Source: Thermodesulfobacteriota bacterium
GTDB lineage: Bacteria > Desulfobacterota > Desulfobulbia > Desulfobulbales > SURF-16
Assembly: GCA_040755455.1 (NCBI GenBank)
Contig: JBFMAY010000005.1
Location: 32,001 to 96,000, forward strand
Length of the DNA stretch: 64,000 bases
Direction: 5' to 3'
Below, one piece after another: positions 1 through 9,898 of the stretch. The first letter of the stretch is position 1, and every line of letters starts with the position of its first letter. The position numbers and the translations under genes were made by a program. The notes below the pieces were generated by a model. It saw nothing but the letters and a program-made list of their open reading frames with translations. It was not told the DNA's origin and did no database searches.

Positions 1-1
1 G

Positions 2-1522
2 CGCCTGCATGACAGCATGACGGACGCCTTTGTCGTGGTTGACATGGACGGCCGTCTCCTGGAATGGAACAAGGTCTACCGGAGCATGCTGGGTTACACG
101 GAAAGTGAATTGCGCCAGCTGACCTACCCGGAGCTGACCCCCGCCGCATGGCGGGACATGGAAAGAAAGATCGTGGAGGAGCAGATCATCCCCTTCGGTT
201 ACTCGGATGTGTATGAGAAGGAGTATCGCCGCAAGGACGGCAGCATTTTTCCGGTGGAGCTGCGGACCTATCTGCTGCGGGATGCCAATGACCGGCCTAC
301 GGGCATGTGGGCCATTGTCCGTGACATCAGCCAGAGAAAGGAGAGCGAGAGGGAAAAGCAGCGGCTGGAGGAACAGCTCCGGCAGGCCCAGAAACTGGAG
401 GCGGTGGGCCGCCTGGCCGGCGGGGTGGCCCATGACTTCAACAACCTGCTGTCCGTTATCCTGGGGTATGGGGAATTGGTGCTGCAGGACATGCACAGGG
501 AGCATCCCTCCTATGGACCGCTGCAGCAGATTTATCAGGCCGGTCTGCGCGCCAGGGACCTCACCCGGCAACTGCTGGCCTTCAGCCGCAAACAGGTGCT
601 GGAAATGCAGGTGGTGGACCTCAACGCGGTGGTAAGAGGGTTTGAGAAGCTGCTGCGCCGGGTGATCGGCGAGGATATTGAATTGAAACTGGTGCTGACC
701 GTCCAGCCGCTTGCCATCAAGGCGGACGCCTCCCAATTGGAGCAGGTGCTGATGAACCTGGCGGTCAACGCCCGGGACGCCATGCCCGAAGGCGGAACAC
801 TGACCATCGAAACGGCCGTGGCCGAGCTGGATAGAGAATACGCGGCCCAGAAGAGCAGCGTGGTCCCCGGCACCTATGCCCTGATCGCGGTCAGCGACAC
901 CGGCTGCGGCATGGACCGCGACACCATGGGACTCATTTTCGAGCCGTTCTTCACCACCAAGCCAAGGGACAAGGGCACCGGCCTGGGGCTGGCCACCTCA
1001 TACGGCATTGTCAAGCAGCACAACGGCAATATCTGGGTGTACAGCGAGCCGGGCCAGGGCACAACCTTCAGGATCTATCTTCCCCTGCCCGGGGAGAAGG
1101 GGGTAACGGACCAAAGCCTTGCCGAGGAACCCGCTGACCTGCGCGGCAACGAGACGATTCTGCTGGTGGAGGACGACGAGCCGCTGAGAAATCTTACTTT
1201 TGCCATTCTCAGGCGGCAGGGCTACACGGTCCTGGTCGCGGAAAACGGCCAGGCGGCATTGACCATGCTGGACAACTTCGCGGGGCCGGTGCATCTGGTC
1301 CTGACCGATGTGGTCATGCCCGGCATGAGCGGCAGAGACCTGGGGGCCCGGATAGCCGCGCGGTTTCCTGATATGAAGGTGCTTTTCATGTCCGGTTACA
1401 CTGACAATGTCATCGTCCACAGCGGGGTGCTTGACGAGGGGGTGAACTTCATCCAGAAACCTTTTACGGCCCAGGCCCTGGCGGTCAAGATCCGCAAAAC
1501 CCTGGGAGAGGGGACGCCGTAG
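2..1522 (+). CDS. PAS-domain hybrid sensor histidine kinase/response regulator (5'-truncated by the window edge)
   Basis: PAS/PAC region, H-box GGVAHDFNNLL, HATPase boxes (NARDA, DTGCGM, GTGLGL), C-terminal receiver (LLVEDD...TDVVMP...KPF). The frame is open back to position 2. Confidence 0.92.
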   Translation, partial: RLHDSMTDAFVVVDMDGRLLEWNKVYRSMLGYTESELRQLTYPELTPAAWRDMERKIVEEQIIPFGYSDVYEKEYRRKDGSIFPVELRTYLLRDANDRPTGMWAIVRDISQRKESEREKQRLEEQLRQAQKLEAVGRLAGGVAHDFNNLLSVILGYGELVLQDMHREHPSYGPLQQIYQAGLRARDLTRQLLAFSRKQVLEMQVVDLNAVVRGFEKLLRRVIGEDIELKLVLTVQPLAIKADASQLEQVLMNLAVNARDAMPEGGTLTIETAVAELDREYAAQKSSVVPGTYALIAVSDTGCGMDRDTMGLIFEPFFTTKPRDKGTGLGLATSYGIVKQHNGNIWVYSEPGQGTTFRIYLPLPGEKGVTDQSLAEEPADLRGNETILLVEDDEPLRNLTFAILRRQGYTVLVAENGQAALTMLDNFAGPVHLVLTDVVMPGMSGRDLGARIAARFPDMKVLFMSGYTDNVIVHSGVLDEGVNFIQKPFTAQALAVKIRKTLGEGTP

Positions 1523-1541
1523 CCCCAAGCCGGTTCCTTGC

Positions 1542-1579
1542 TTCTCATTCTGGCTCCTGAATCCTGACTTCTGAATCCT
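1542..1579. repeat. Degenerate 7-bp tandem repeat (about 5 units, tYCTGRY-like)
   Basis: ttctcat-tctggct-cctgaat-cctgact-tctgaat-cct between two convergent genes. Confidence 0.7.
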
Positions 1580-1603
1580 TATGCAGCACGCCGGCAAGTT
1601 GAT

Positions 1604-2011
1604 TCAGAACGGCACATCGTCTCCCATGCGGGGTTCGGGTGGGGGCGGCTCCTCGGCAAAACTGCTGCCCGCCGCGGACGATGCACCCTTGGGAGCCAGC
1701 ATCTTCATGTCCTTGGCGACGATTTCCGTGGTGTAGCGCTTGTTGCCGTCCTTGTCATTCCATGATCTTGTCTGGATGCGTCCTTCCACGTAAACTTTGG
1801 AGCCTTTGGAAAGATATTCCCCGCAGATTTCGGCCAGCCGGGCAAAGGCCACAATGCGGTGCCATTCCGTCTGTTCCTGCATCTGGCCGTCCTGGCCTTT
1901 CCATTTTTCCGTAGTGGCCACGTTGAAATTTGCCACTGCCGTGCCGCTCTGGGTGTAGCGTACTTCCGGGTCCGAGCCCAGGTTGCCGATGATGATGGCT
2001 TTATTGATCAT
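1604..2011 (-). CDS. ssb: Single-stranded DNA-binding protein
   Basis: [22 protein letters not shown]-fold, TEWHRIV, acidic C-terminal tip DDVPF. Confidence 0.97.
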   Translation of the reverse strand: MINKAIIIGNLGSDPEVRYTQSGTAVANFNVATTEKWKGQDGQMQEQTEWHRIVAFARLAEICGEYLSKGSKVYVEGRIQTRSWNDKDGNKRYTTEIVAKDMKMLAPKGASSAAGSSFAEEPPPPEPRMGDDVPF

Positions 2012-2180
2012 GATAAAAACTCCTTAAAAAGACGGCGATGAGATAATGATGATATGAAAAGGTTCAATAAGAATAAACAGTATAAATTACATCAGCCGGC
2101 AGTGCAATCAGTCAATTATCTTCCTGCCGTTCCGACTGCAGAGAAGAATTATATGTAAAACAGCAAAGACGCAAGAAATT

Positions 2181-2313
2181 AAGCCGTTGTAAATAAAAAT
2201 AACATGGCCATCTGACGGATGCCCGGAACGGCACTCTTTTCAGTACCCCCTTGAGGGGTATAAGGAGCCGTAACGAAATAGTTAAAAGAGACAAGTTATT
2301 TCGTAACGGCTCG
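2181..2313. mobile_element. MITE-like non-autonomous element, copy 1, with nested mini unit at 2264-2313
   Basis: Ends AAGCCGTTGTAAA...GTTATTTCGTAACGGCTC. Internal GGAGCCGTAACGAAATA at 2264-2280 is inverted to the right end, and the mini unit is flanked by TAA on both sides. A homologous element lies at 27887-27989. Confidence 0.65.
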
Positions 2314-2324
2314 TAATGCAGGTT

Positions 2325-3461
2325 TTAAAGCGGAGAAGAAACGGCCTCATCAAGTGCCTGGGGTAGTTTCGCTGCCTGGCCCGGCGCAAAACCGCATTCC
2401 TGCCATATTTCGTCGTTTTCCATGCAGAAATACAGGCAGGTGGCCGGATGGACCCGTTGCCTGAGGTGATGGAGCAGATGTTGGTAAAGCTCCACCCGCA
2501 GCGAGCGGAAATAACGGCACTTGCCATCCAGGCCCATGATGAATTCTTCATGGAAGAATTTCGAGTTGGGAAAACGGGTGAGGGCGGTGGGACGCAGGGC
2601 CGGCAGGAAGCGCAATGCCCCCAGGCTGATCCAGACGATTTTCTCCGCCGGCACGGTGTCAAAGAGTTTATGGATGGTTTGCGCGTATCCTTCCCGCCAG
2701 CCCGGGTGATGGATGATCGGGTCAAAATGAAAGGCCAGCCTGTAGCCCCAGTTGGCGCACTGGACCGCTGCTGCCAGCCTTTCGTCAAGGCTGGCAGTCC
2801 TCAGTTCCTCGCCCTGCATGATGGCAGGGCTGTTCAGCGACCAGGCGACAATGGTCCGGCCTCCGTGGTCAAGATTTTCCAGATGGCCGATGGCGGCGCT
2901 TTTGGTTTTGAGTTCGAGCACGGCGGTGCTCTTGTCCCGCATGAATTCCACCAGAATTCTGCTGAGACCGGTGAGGCCATCCAGGGCCAGGCTGTCGGTA
3001 AACTCGCCGGTGCCGATCCGCCGGAACTGGTTTTGCCGGGCCAGGGCCAGATTGAGTTCCGCCAGCAGATCATCGATATTGACAAAAAAGGAAATCCACG
3101 GGTTATTGAGGTAGGCCTGGAGAATGCAGTAAACGCAATCCATGGGGCAGTTCATGCCGATATTCAGCACCTGGTAGTCGCAGCAGCGGTACTCCCTGGT
3201 GCCGGGACAGGGTTTTAAAAAACTGCCCCGGTTCCTGCACAGGAGCAGATGCTGTTTGCCTTTGGCCAGGCTGCGCGGGTAGGGTTCCGCAGCGATTTGC
3301 GGCATGGCCCGGTCGGCAATGGTTTCCACGGGAGTATTGCCGGCCCGGGCGAGGATTTCCCGGGTATACGGGAGATCCCGGCAGCTTTCCTCAAGGAAAA
3401 TTTTACGGATATGTCTTGCTGGATCGGATTTCCGGAGATTATAGTGATTTTTTTCTGTCAT
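2325..3461 (-). CDS. Spore photoproduct lyase-like (SplB family) radical SAM protein
   Basis: CxxxCxxC (CPMDCVYC), KPCPGT, GTGEFTDS, LELKTKS, AFHFDPII. Start placed at MTEKNH; the ORF is open to 3524. Confidence 0.85.
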   Translation of the reverse strand: MTEKNHYNLRKSDPARHIRKIFLEESCRDLPYTREILARAGNTPVETIADRAMPQIAAEPYPRSLAKGKQHLLLCRNRGSFLKPCPGTREYRCCDYQVLNIGMNCPMDCVYCILQAYLNNPWISFFVNIDDLLAELNLALARQNQFRRIGTGEFTDSLALDGLTGLSRILVEFMRDKSTAVLELKTKSAAIGHLENLDHGGRTIVAWSLNSPAIMQGEELRTASLDERLAAAVQCANWGYRLAFHFDPIIHHPGWREGYAQTIHKLFDTVPAEKIVWISLGALRFLPALRPTALTRFPNSKFFHEEFIMGLDGKCRYFRSLRVELYQHLLHHLRQRVHPATCLYFCMENDEIWQECGFAPGQAAKLPQALDEAVSSPL

Positions 3462-3541
3462 GAGGCACACCATACATGAGGCTGAGATGGGCGACAAACA
3501 AAAAAATATTCTTCTTTGCTGCATAGTGGCGAGGCCGAGCA

Positions 3542-5455
3542 GTGTCTTGTTATAAAATACATTTTTTCTCCTGTTTCATCCTCCTGCTGCTTGCTCTTCA
3601 TTCCCCGTTCGCCCATGCCCAGAATCTGCATCTGCCGCCGCATGATATCCTGGTCCTGCATTCCTTTCACAGCGGCCTTGACAGGGTGGAAAGCATCAAT
3701 CGGGGCATTGAGGAAGTCCTGCTGGCCAAGGACCGGCAGGACATCGAATTGCATATTGAATACATGGACAGTCTGCGCCAGCCGGGGGAGGAAAATTCCC
3801 GGCGTGTTTACCGTTTTCTCGCTGAAAAGTACGGTTCCCGGAAATTTGATGCCGTGATTGCCGTTGATACCGTTGCCGTCACCTTTCTCCAGCAGCATTA
3901 TGCAACCCTTTTCCCTTTGACCCCTGTTTTTTACTGTGGCGTGCCCTGCCAGCAGAATGACCCGGATGCCGCGACAGGGAGTTTTGTCGGGGTGTGCGAA
4001 AACGTTGATATTGTCGCCACCATTGAGGCGGGACTCCATTTATACCCGGAAACAAAGGATATTTTCATCATCAATGACCGCACCGTTGACGGCCTGATCT
4101 ATGACGCCAGGATCAAGGAAGGCATGACAGCCTTTGCCGGCCGTGTCACCTTTCACCTGTGGGATGACATGGGCATGGAAGAGCTGCTGCAGAAGGTGCG
4201 GGAGGTGCCGGCAGGCGGCGGCCTGGTGCTGCTGGTTAATTTCACCCGTGACAGGAATGGGGTGAGTTTTTCATCCGGCAGAACCATCGGGCTTATATCG
4301 TCACGATGCAAGATTCCCATTCTGTCCATGTGGCAGTTTTATCTGGGCAGCGGCGTATTGGGCGGGATGATGGTTGATGGCAGGTCCCAGGGCAGGGCGG
4401 TGGCCAAAATGGTTGTTGATATTCTCATGGGCGATCCCGTGGAAAACTTCGTTGCCCGGCAGACGACTGACAATCAGCTGATTTTTGACTACAACCGGAT
4501 GAAAAGATTTGTCATCCCCTATAAGGCCCTGCCTGAGGGCAGCATTGTCACGGATGAGCCCCAGTCCATTCTCTGGAAATACAAAAAGACCGGTCTGACC
4601 GTGCTGGGCATCGCCCTGGCCCTTGAAGCCACGGTCATCATTCTTTCCGTCGTCACCTATAAAAGCAAGAAGGCCGAGCAGATGCTCGAGGAACTGGTCG
4701 ATAAGCGCACCCATGAACTGACCAGCGCCAATGAAAAACTGAAGGCGGAAATCCATGTGCGGAAAAAAGTTGAGGAGGCCCTGCGCGAATCGGAGGAAGC
4801 CCTTCATCAGCTTTCCATCAATCTGCTGACGGTTCAGGAAAACGAGCGCCGCCGGATTTCAGTGGAGCTGCATGATGAGCTGGGGCAGTCCCTGGCCGCC
4901 CTGAAACTCCAGGTAGGTTCCCTGGAGAAGCAGCTGGGGTATGATCTGCCTTATGCGCTGCAGGAAGAGTGTGATGAGCTGCGCCAGAGCATCAACCTCA
5001 TTATCGAGAATGTCCGCCGTCTCTCCCGCGACCTCAGCCCGGTGGCCCTGGATGATCTGGGTATTGACGCGGCCCTGGAGTATCTGATTACCAACTTTGC
5101 CAAGCTGCACGGCATTGAGGTTGATCTTGATCTGATCGAGATCAACCATCTCTTCAGCCAGGCGGCCCAGCGGCTGATCTACAGGGTCGTCCAGGAGTCG
5201 CTCAACAACATCGGCAAGCACGCCAATGCGACCCATGCCGGCATCAAAATCGAAAAAGTAAAAAATCGTATCTTTCTCATTGTGAAAGATAACGGAACTG
5301 GGTTTAATACGAAGGAACTTCAGAACCGGAAAAAATCGGAGGGGGGCATGGGGCTTGCGGCCATGGCGGAGCGGGTGCGGATTCTGGAAGGAGTCATGGA
5401 CATCAATAGTGAAGAGGGCGAAGGCACCACGATTACGGTAAGTCTGCCGGTTTAG
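3542..5455 (+). CDS. Membrane sensor histidine kinase (HisKA_3/NarX-like) with periplasmic substrate-binding-like domain
   Basis: N-terminal hydrophobic signal/TM, second TM, ERRRISVELHDELGQ H-box, QESLNNIGKHA, DNGTGF, GMGL. Confidence 0.92.
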   Translation: MSCYKIHFFSCFILLLLALHSPFAHAQNLHLPPHDILVLHSFHSGLDRVESINRGIEEVLLAKDRQDIELHIEYMDSLRQPGEENSRRVYRFLAEKYGSRKFDAVIAVDTVAVTFLQQHYATLFPLTPVFYCGVPCQQNDPDAATGSFVGVCENVDIVATIEAGLHLYPETKDIFIINDRTVDGLIYDARIKEGMTAFAGRVTFHLWDDMGMEELLQKVREVPAGGGLVLLVNFTRDRNGVSFSSGRTIGLISSRCKIPILSMWQFYLGSGVLGGMMVDGRSQGRAVAKMVVDILMGDPVENFVARQTTDNQLIFDYNRMKRFVIPYKALPEGSIVTDEPQSILWKYKKTGLTVLGIALALEATVIILSVVTYKSKKAEQMLEELVDKRTHELTSANEKLKAEIHVRKKVEEALRESEEALHQLSINLLTVQENERRRISVELHDELGQSLAALKLQVGSLEKQLGYDLPYALQEECDELRQSINLIIENVRRLSRDLSPVALDDLGIDAALEYLITNFAKLHGIEVDLDLIEINHLFSQAAQRLIYRVVQESLNNIGKHANATHAGIKIEKVKNRIFLIVKDNGTGFNTKELQNRKKSEGGMGLAAMAERVRILEGVMDINSEEGEGTTITVSLPV

Positions 5456-5584
5456 CCGGACACCGGATTGCATCCGGCGTCATTACCGGGGACTGCGCCG
5501 CCATTGCTGTTTTCGGGAGAGGGCTTTTTCTTCACCGTGTCCATATTGTTTGTTATCGCCTTTTCGGATGAGTAGGAAATCGCT

Positions 5585-6241
5585 ATGAAAGTGTATCAGG
5601 TTTTACTTGCTGACGATCATGTGTTAATTCGTCACGGCATTAAGAAGATCATTGAATCAGAACCGTCCCTCGAGGTCATCGGCCAGGTGGGGGATGGCCT
5701 GGAGCTGTTGAACATGATGAAGGAGGTGACCCCCGATATTGTCCTTCTCGACATATCCATGCCCAATCTGCGCGGGATTGAGGCCATCGGTGAGGCCAAG
5801 AAGATCTGCCCGGATGTCAAGATTCTGATTCTCACCATGCATAAAAGCAAACAGTATCTCTGCCATGCCATGTCGGCCGGGGCGGACGGTTATGTGTTGA
5901 AAGAGGACTCGGACACGGAACTGCTGACCGCCATCAGTCAGGTTCTGAAGGGCAATGTCTTTATCTCTCCGGTGTTGTCAAAGGAGTTCTCCAGCGCGGA
6001 CGTTGATTTCTGTATCAAAACAAAGAATTTCCCCGCCGAATCGTTAACGCCGAGGGAGCGGCAGGTTTTGAAGATGGTGGCCGAGGGCAGAACGAGCAGG
6101 GATATCGCCGAGCTGCTGTCGATCAGCACCAGGACGGTGGAGCACCATCGGGCCAATCTGCTGAAAAAACTCAATATCAGCAATACCGCTGATTTGATTA
6201 AATATGCCATTCAGAAGGGCTATATCCTGCCCAGTACTTAG
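5585..6241 (+). CDS. NarL/LuxR-family response regulator
   Basis: Receiver LADDH...LLDISMP plus LuxR HTH LTPRERQVL...STRTVEHHRANL; cognate to the upstream kinase. Confidence 0.95.
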   Translation: MKVYQVLLADDHVLIRHGIKKIIESEPSLEVIGQVGDGLELLNMMKEVTPDIVLLDISMPNLRGIEAIGEAKKICPDVKILILTMHKSKQYLCHAMSAGADGYVLKEDSDTELLTAISQVLKGNVFISPVLSKEFSSADVDFCIKTKNFPAESLTPRERQVLKMVAEGRTSRDIAELLSISTRTVEHHRANLLKKLNISNTADLIKYAIQKGYILPST

Positions 6242-6448
6242 GGACTCGGAAAATACCAATTTACCATAAAGCATCCCGTCAGCGTTGCCGGAATATTCCC
6301 CCTGTTGGCGGATTTTTTCTTCTTTGGGAAAAAATCGTTGTCCTATCTCGTTGATTTGAAATTGTTTTAAAAAAATGTCCTGGAAAGGGCTTTTTTTTAG
6401 CAATGAAATTCTTTGACTTTCGGCTTATCTTGTGCTTTCATCTTTTCT

Positions 6449-6470
6449 GACACACAACATTTGGTGTGTC
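6449..6470. promoter_or_regulatory. NrdR box upstream of nrdJ
   Basis: GACACAC-aacatttg-GTGTGTC palindrome. The core ACACAACATTTGGTGT (6452-6467) fits the NrdR consensus acaCwAtATaTwGtgt and sits in front of an RNR gene. Confidence 0.75.
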
Positions 6471-6576
6471 CTGTCTTTTTTTGCCTGCGGGCGCATGTTA
6501 ACAATAAATGACGTGGTTCAACCGCTTTGAACCAATGATAAGCTGGAGAAACAGGAGAATGGGAATGGGGAGAAAC

Positions 6577-8823
6577 ATGGAATTAGGTGATATGAAAATT
6601 CCGGCCGGGGTGATTCAACCAAAGTTTGCCGATAACGCCCTGTCAGTTCTGGAAAGACGTTATCTGCTGAAGGATGTGGAGGGAAATGTCATTGAAACCC
6701 CGGCAGAGATGCTCTGGCGGGTGGCAAGCTCCATTGCCGCGGCTGACAGGCTTTATGACAAGGACGCCGACGTGCAGGCCCTGGCCCTGTCTTTTTATGA
6801 GATGATGGCCAACCGGGATTTCATGCCGAATTCACCCACCCTGATGAATGCCGGCCGGGACCTGGGCCAGCTTTCCGCCTGTTTCGTGCTGCCCGTTGAA
6901 GACACCATGGACAGCATTTTCGAGGCGGTCAAGCAGACGGCCCTGATCCACAAGAGCGGCGGCGGCACCGGTTTTTCTTTTTCCCGCATCAGGCCCCGTC
7001 ATGATGTGGTGCATTCAACCCGCGGGGTATCAAGCGGCCCCCTTTCCTTCATGTCCGTTTTTGATTGCGCCACGGAAACCATCAAGCAGGGCGGCACCCG
7101 CCGCGGCGCCAACATGGCCATCCTGCGGGTCGATCACCCTGATATCATGGATTTCATCAAGGTCAAATCCGATCTGTCGGTGCTCAATAATTTCAATATC
7201 TCCGTGGCCATTACCGATGCCTTTATGCAGGCGGTTGAAAATGATGAAGAGTATGAGCTGATCAACCCCCGCAATAATGAACCGGTCAAAAAACAGGGCG
7301 CGGTCAAGGTGTTCAGGCAGATCGTCAAACAGGCATGGTATTCGGGTGAGCCGGGCATTGTTTTTATTGACCGCATGAATGACGACAATCCCACCCCTGA
7401 GATCGGGCTGTTTGAAAGCACCAACCCCTGCGGTGAGCAGCCGCTGCTTCCCCATGAATCCTGTAATCTCGGCTCGATCAACCTTGCCAATATGGTGGCT
7501 GACGGCCAGGTGGATTATCAGAAGCTCGGGGCTACGGTTGCCAAATGTGTTCATTTCCTTGACAACGTGGTGGATGTCAACCGTTATCCCTTGCCCGAGA
7601 TTGAGGAGAAAACCAAACAGAACCGCAAGATCGGCCTTGGCGTCATGGGCTTTGCCGACATGCTGCTCAAGCTCGGCATTCCCTATTCATCCCCCGAGGC
7701 CCTGGACCTGGCCGAGAAGGTGATGAAATACATCGATACTTCAGCCTATCAGGCCTCCGTGCATATAGGCGGGCAGCGCGGCTCATTCCCCAACTTTTCC
7801 AGAAGCATCTACGGCAGCAAGAATCCCGATGTGCCGGTGCGAAACGCCACGCGGACCACCATTGCCCCGACCGGGACAATCAGCATCATTGCCGGCTGCT
7901 CCAGCGGCGTTGAACCGCTGTTTGCCGTTTCCTATGTCCGGCGCGTCATGGACAATGATGAGTTTTTTGAAGTGAATCCGGTGTTTGAAGAGATTGCCCG
8001 GGCCAATGGCTTCCACACCCCTGAGCTGATCAAGAAGATATCCTACAGCGGCAGCGTGCAGGGTATTGAGGAGATTCCCCTGAAATACCGCCGTCTTTTT
8101 GAAACCGCCCACGATATCAGCCCGAAAAATCATATCGACATCCAGGCAGCCTTTCAGAAAAGCACCAACAACGCGGTGAGCAAAACCATCAATTTCAGCA
8201 ATTCCGCTACCATAGAGGAGGTAAAGGAGGCCTTCATGCTCGCCTACAAGCTGCGATGCAAAGGGGTGACCATTTACCGCGACGGCTGCCGGGAAAACCA
8301 GGTGCTGAGTATCGGCAAGACCGACAAGAAGAAAAGTCCGCAGGTTGATGTGGGCCGGCCGGTTAAACGAGACAGGCCGCGCCGGCTGAACGGCTCAACC
8401 TATCAGATGACCACCGGTTGCGGTCCGATGTACGTGACCATTAACGAGGATAGCCAGCAGCAGCTTTTTGAGTTGTTCAATACGGTCGGCAAGGCCGGCG
8501 GCTGTGCCGCCAGCCAGTGCGAGGCCATCGGCCGTCTCGTATCACTGGCCTGGCGCAGCGGCTTGCCGCCCGAGCCCATCATCAAGCAGCTTATCGGCAT
8601 CAGCTGCCATAAGCCGTACGGTTTCGGCGAGAACAAGGTCGTCTCCTGCGCCGACGCCATCGCCCAGGCCATCCGTCAGCACCTGGAGCGCCATAACGGT
8701 TGCAAGGATGAGACACTGTCCGAAAAAACCGTGTTCGGCGCCTGTCCGGAGTGCGGGGGCATGATCGAACATGAGGGCGGCTGCTGCGTCTGCCATGCAT
8801 GCGGCTATTCCGAATGCGCCTGA
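6577..8823 (+). CDS. nrdJ: Class II (adenosylcobalamin-dependent) ribonucleotide reductase with C-terminal TSCPD and Zn-ribbon
   Basis: PNSPTLMNAG, QLSACFV, TNPCGEQ, TIAPTGT, C-terminal CPECG...CHACGYSEC. Start is uncertain (6508/6577/6592). Confidence 0.93.
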   Translation: MELGDMKIPAGVIQPKFADNALSVLERRYLLKDVEGNVIETPAEMLWRVASSIAAADRLYDKDADVQALALSFYEMMANRDFMPNSPTLMNAGRDLGQLSACFVLPVEDTMDSIFEAVKQTALIHKSGGGTGFSFSRIRPRHDVVHSTRGVSSGPLSFMSVFDCATETIKQGGTRRGANMAILRVDHPDIMDFIKVKSDLSVLNNFNISVAITDAFMQAVENDEEYELINPRNNEPVKKQGAVKVFRQIVKQAWYSGEPGIVFIDRMNDDNPTPEIGLFESTNPCGEQPLLPHESCNLGSINLANMVADGQVDYQKLGATVAKCVHFLDNVVDVNRYPLPEIEEKTKQNRKIGLGVMGFADMLLKLGIPYSSPEALDLAEKVMKYIDTSAYQASVHIGGQRGSFPNFSRSIYGSKNPDVPVRNATRTTIAPTGTISIIAGCSSGVEPLFAVSYVRRVMDNDEFFEVNPVFEEIARANGFHTPELIKKISYSGSVQGIEEIPLKYRRLFETAHDISPKNHIDIQAAFQKSTNNAVSKTINFSNSATIEEVKEAFMLAYKLRCKGVTIYRDGCRENQVLSIGKTDKKKSPQVDVGRPVKRDRPRRLNGSTYQMTTGCGPMYVTINEDSQQQLFELFNTVGKAGGCAASQCEAIGRLVSLAWRSGLPPEPIIKQLIGISCHKPYGFGENKVVSCADAIAQAIRQHLERHNGCKDETLSEKTVFGACPECGGMIEHEGGCCVCHACGYSECA

Positions 8824-8880
8824 TATGAGTGGTGATAAATTAATTTCTCCTGGTAAAGAGATGTGTTAAGATAGTAGCAG

Positions 8881-9861
8881 ATGCCTGAAAAGAATGTAAA
8901 TAGCCTGCACATCGACGGGATGAAATTTACCAACGACCATAATGTAAAAATTCTTGTTGTAGATGATGACGAGCTGGTTCTTGAGGCCTTGAGTCTGCAG
9001 GTGGAGTCGTTCGGTTATCAATGCCGTACCGCCGCCAACGGACTTGAGGCCATTGACAGGCTCAAGGAAGATGCCGTTGATATTGTCGTCACCGATGTGG
9101 TGATGCCTGAAATGAGCGGTTTGCAGCTCCTTGCCTATATCAAGGACAACTATCCGGATACGGATGTCATCGTGGCCACCGGTTATACGGATAAGGCCGG
9201 TTATGCCGAGGTGATACGGGCCGGGGCCATAGATTTCATCAAGAAACCCTTTGAACGCGACGAACTGGAGGCGAAGCTGAACCGGGCTCAGCGGGAACGG
9301 AGCATGATCAGGAAGCTCGAAAAGCTGTCCCTGTGCGATTCCCTCACCGGCCTGTATAACCGGCGTTCCTTCGACATCAAGCTGGCAGAGGAAGTGCAGC
9401 GTGCCCATCGTCAGGATTTCCAGGTTTATCTGGCCCTGATCGATGTGGATAATTTCAAGGAATACAACGACACCTACGGCCACCCGGCCGGGGACAAGGT
9501 GCTCAATGCCGTGGGTATGATTTTAAATGACTGTACCCGGCACAATGTGGATTTCACCTTTCGCTACGGCGGCGATGAGTTTGCGGCGATTCTCACCCAG
9601 ACCAATGAGGAGCAGGCGGTCAAGATCATGGAAAGGGTGCTGCATAGTTTCCGGCAGGCAGGTTTTTCCACCACGACGCTCAGTGTCGGTCTTGTCTGCT
9701 GCCAGCGTGATGAAAAACTGACCTGGCCTGAAAATGCCGCAAATATGATCTACAGGGCGGACAAGGCCCTCTACCTGGCGAAGAGCGAGGGCAAAAACAG
9801 GGTCATGCTTGATACCGGGGTTGATGGCGTTGAAACGGAGTTCAAGCGTTTCAATGTTTAG
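8881..9861 (+). CDS. Response-regulator diguanylate cyclase (REC-GGDEF)
   Basis: Receiver VVDDD...TDVVMP...KKPF; DSLTGLYNRR, RYGGDEF. Confidence 0.93.
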   Translation: MPEKNVNSLHIDGMKFTNDHNVKILVVDDDELVLEALSLQVESFGYQCRTAANGLEAIDRLKEDAVDIVVTDVVMPEMSGLQLLAYIKDNYPDTDVIVATGYTDKAGYAEVIRAGAIDFIKKPFERDELEAKLNRAQRERSMIRKLEKLSLCDSLTGLYNRRSFDIKLAEEVQRAHRQDFQVYLALIDVDNFKEYNDTYGHPAGDKVLNAVGMILNDCTRHNVDFTFRYGGDEFAAILTQTNEEQAVKIMERVLHSFRQAGFSTTTLSVGLVCCQRDEKLTWPENAANMIYRADKALYLAKSEGKNRVMLDTGVDGVETEFKRFNV

Positions 9862-9898
9862 GCGTTTAAGCGTTTGAACGTTTCAACTTTTAAACGTT
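9840..9898. repeat. Degenerate 8-bp tandem repeat (7 units, GTTTnAAC-like) overlapping the gene's 3' end
   Basis: gttcaagc gtttcaat gtttaggc gtttaagc gtttgaac gtttcaac ttttaaac gtt. Confidence 0.75.
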
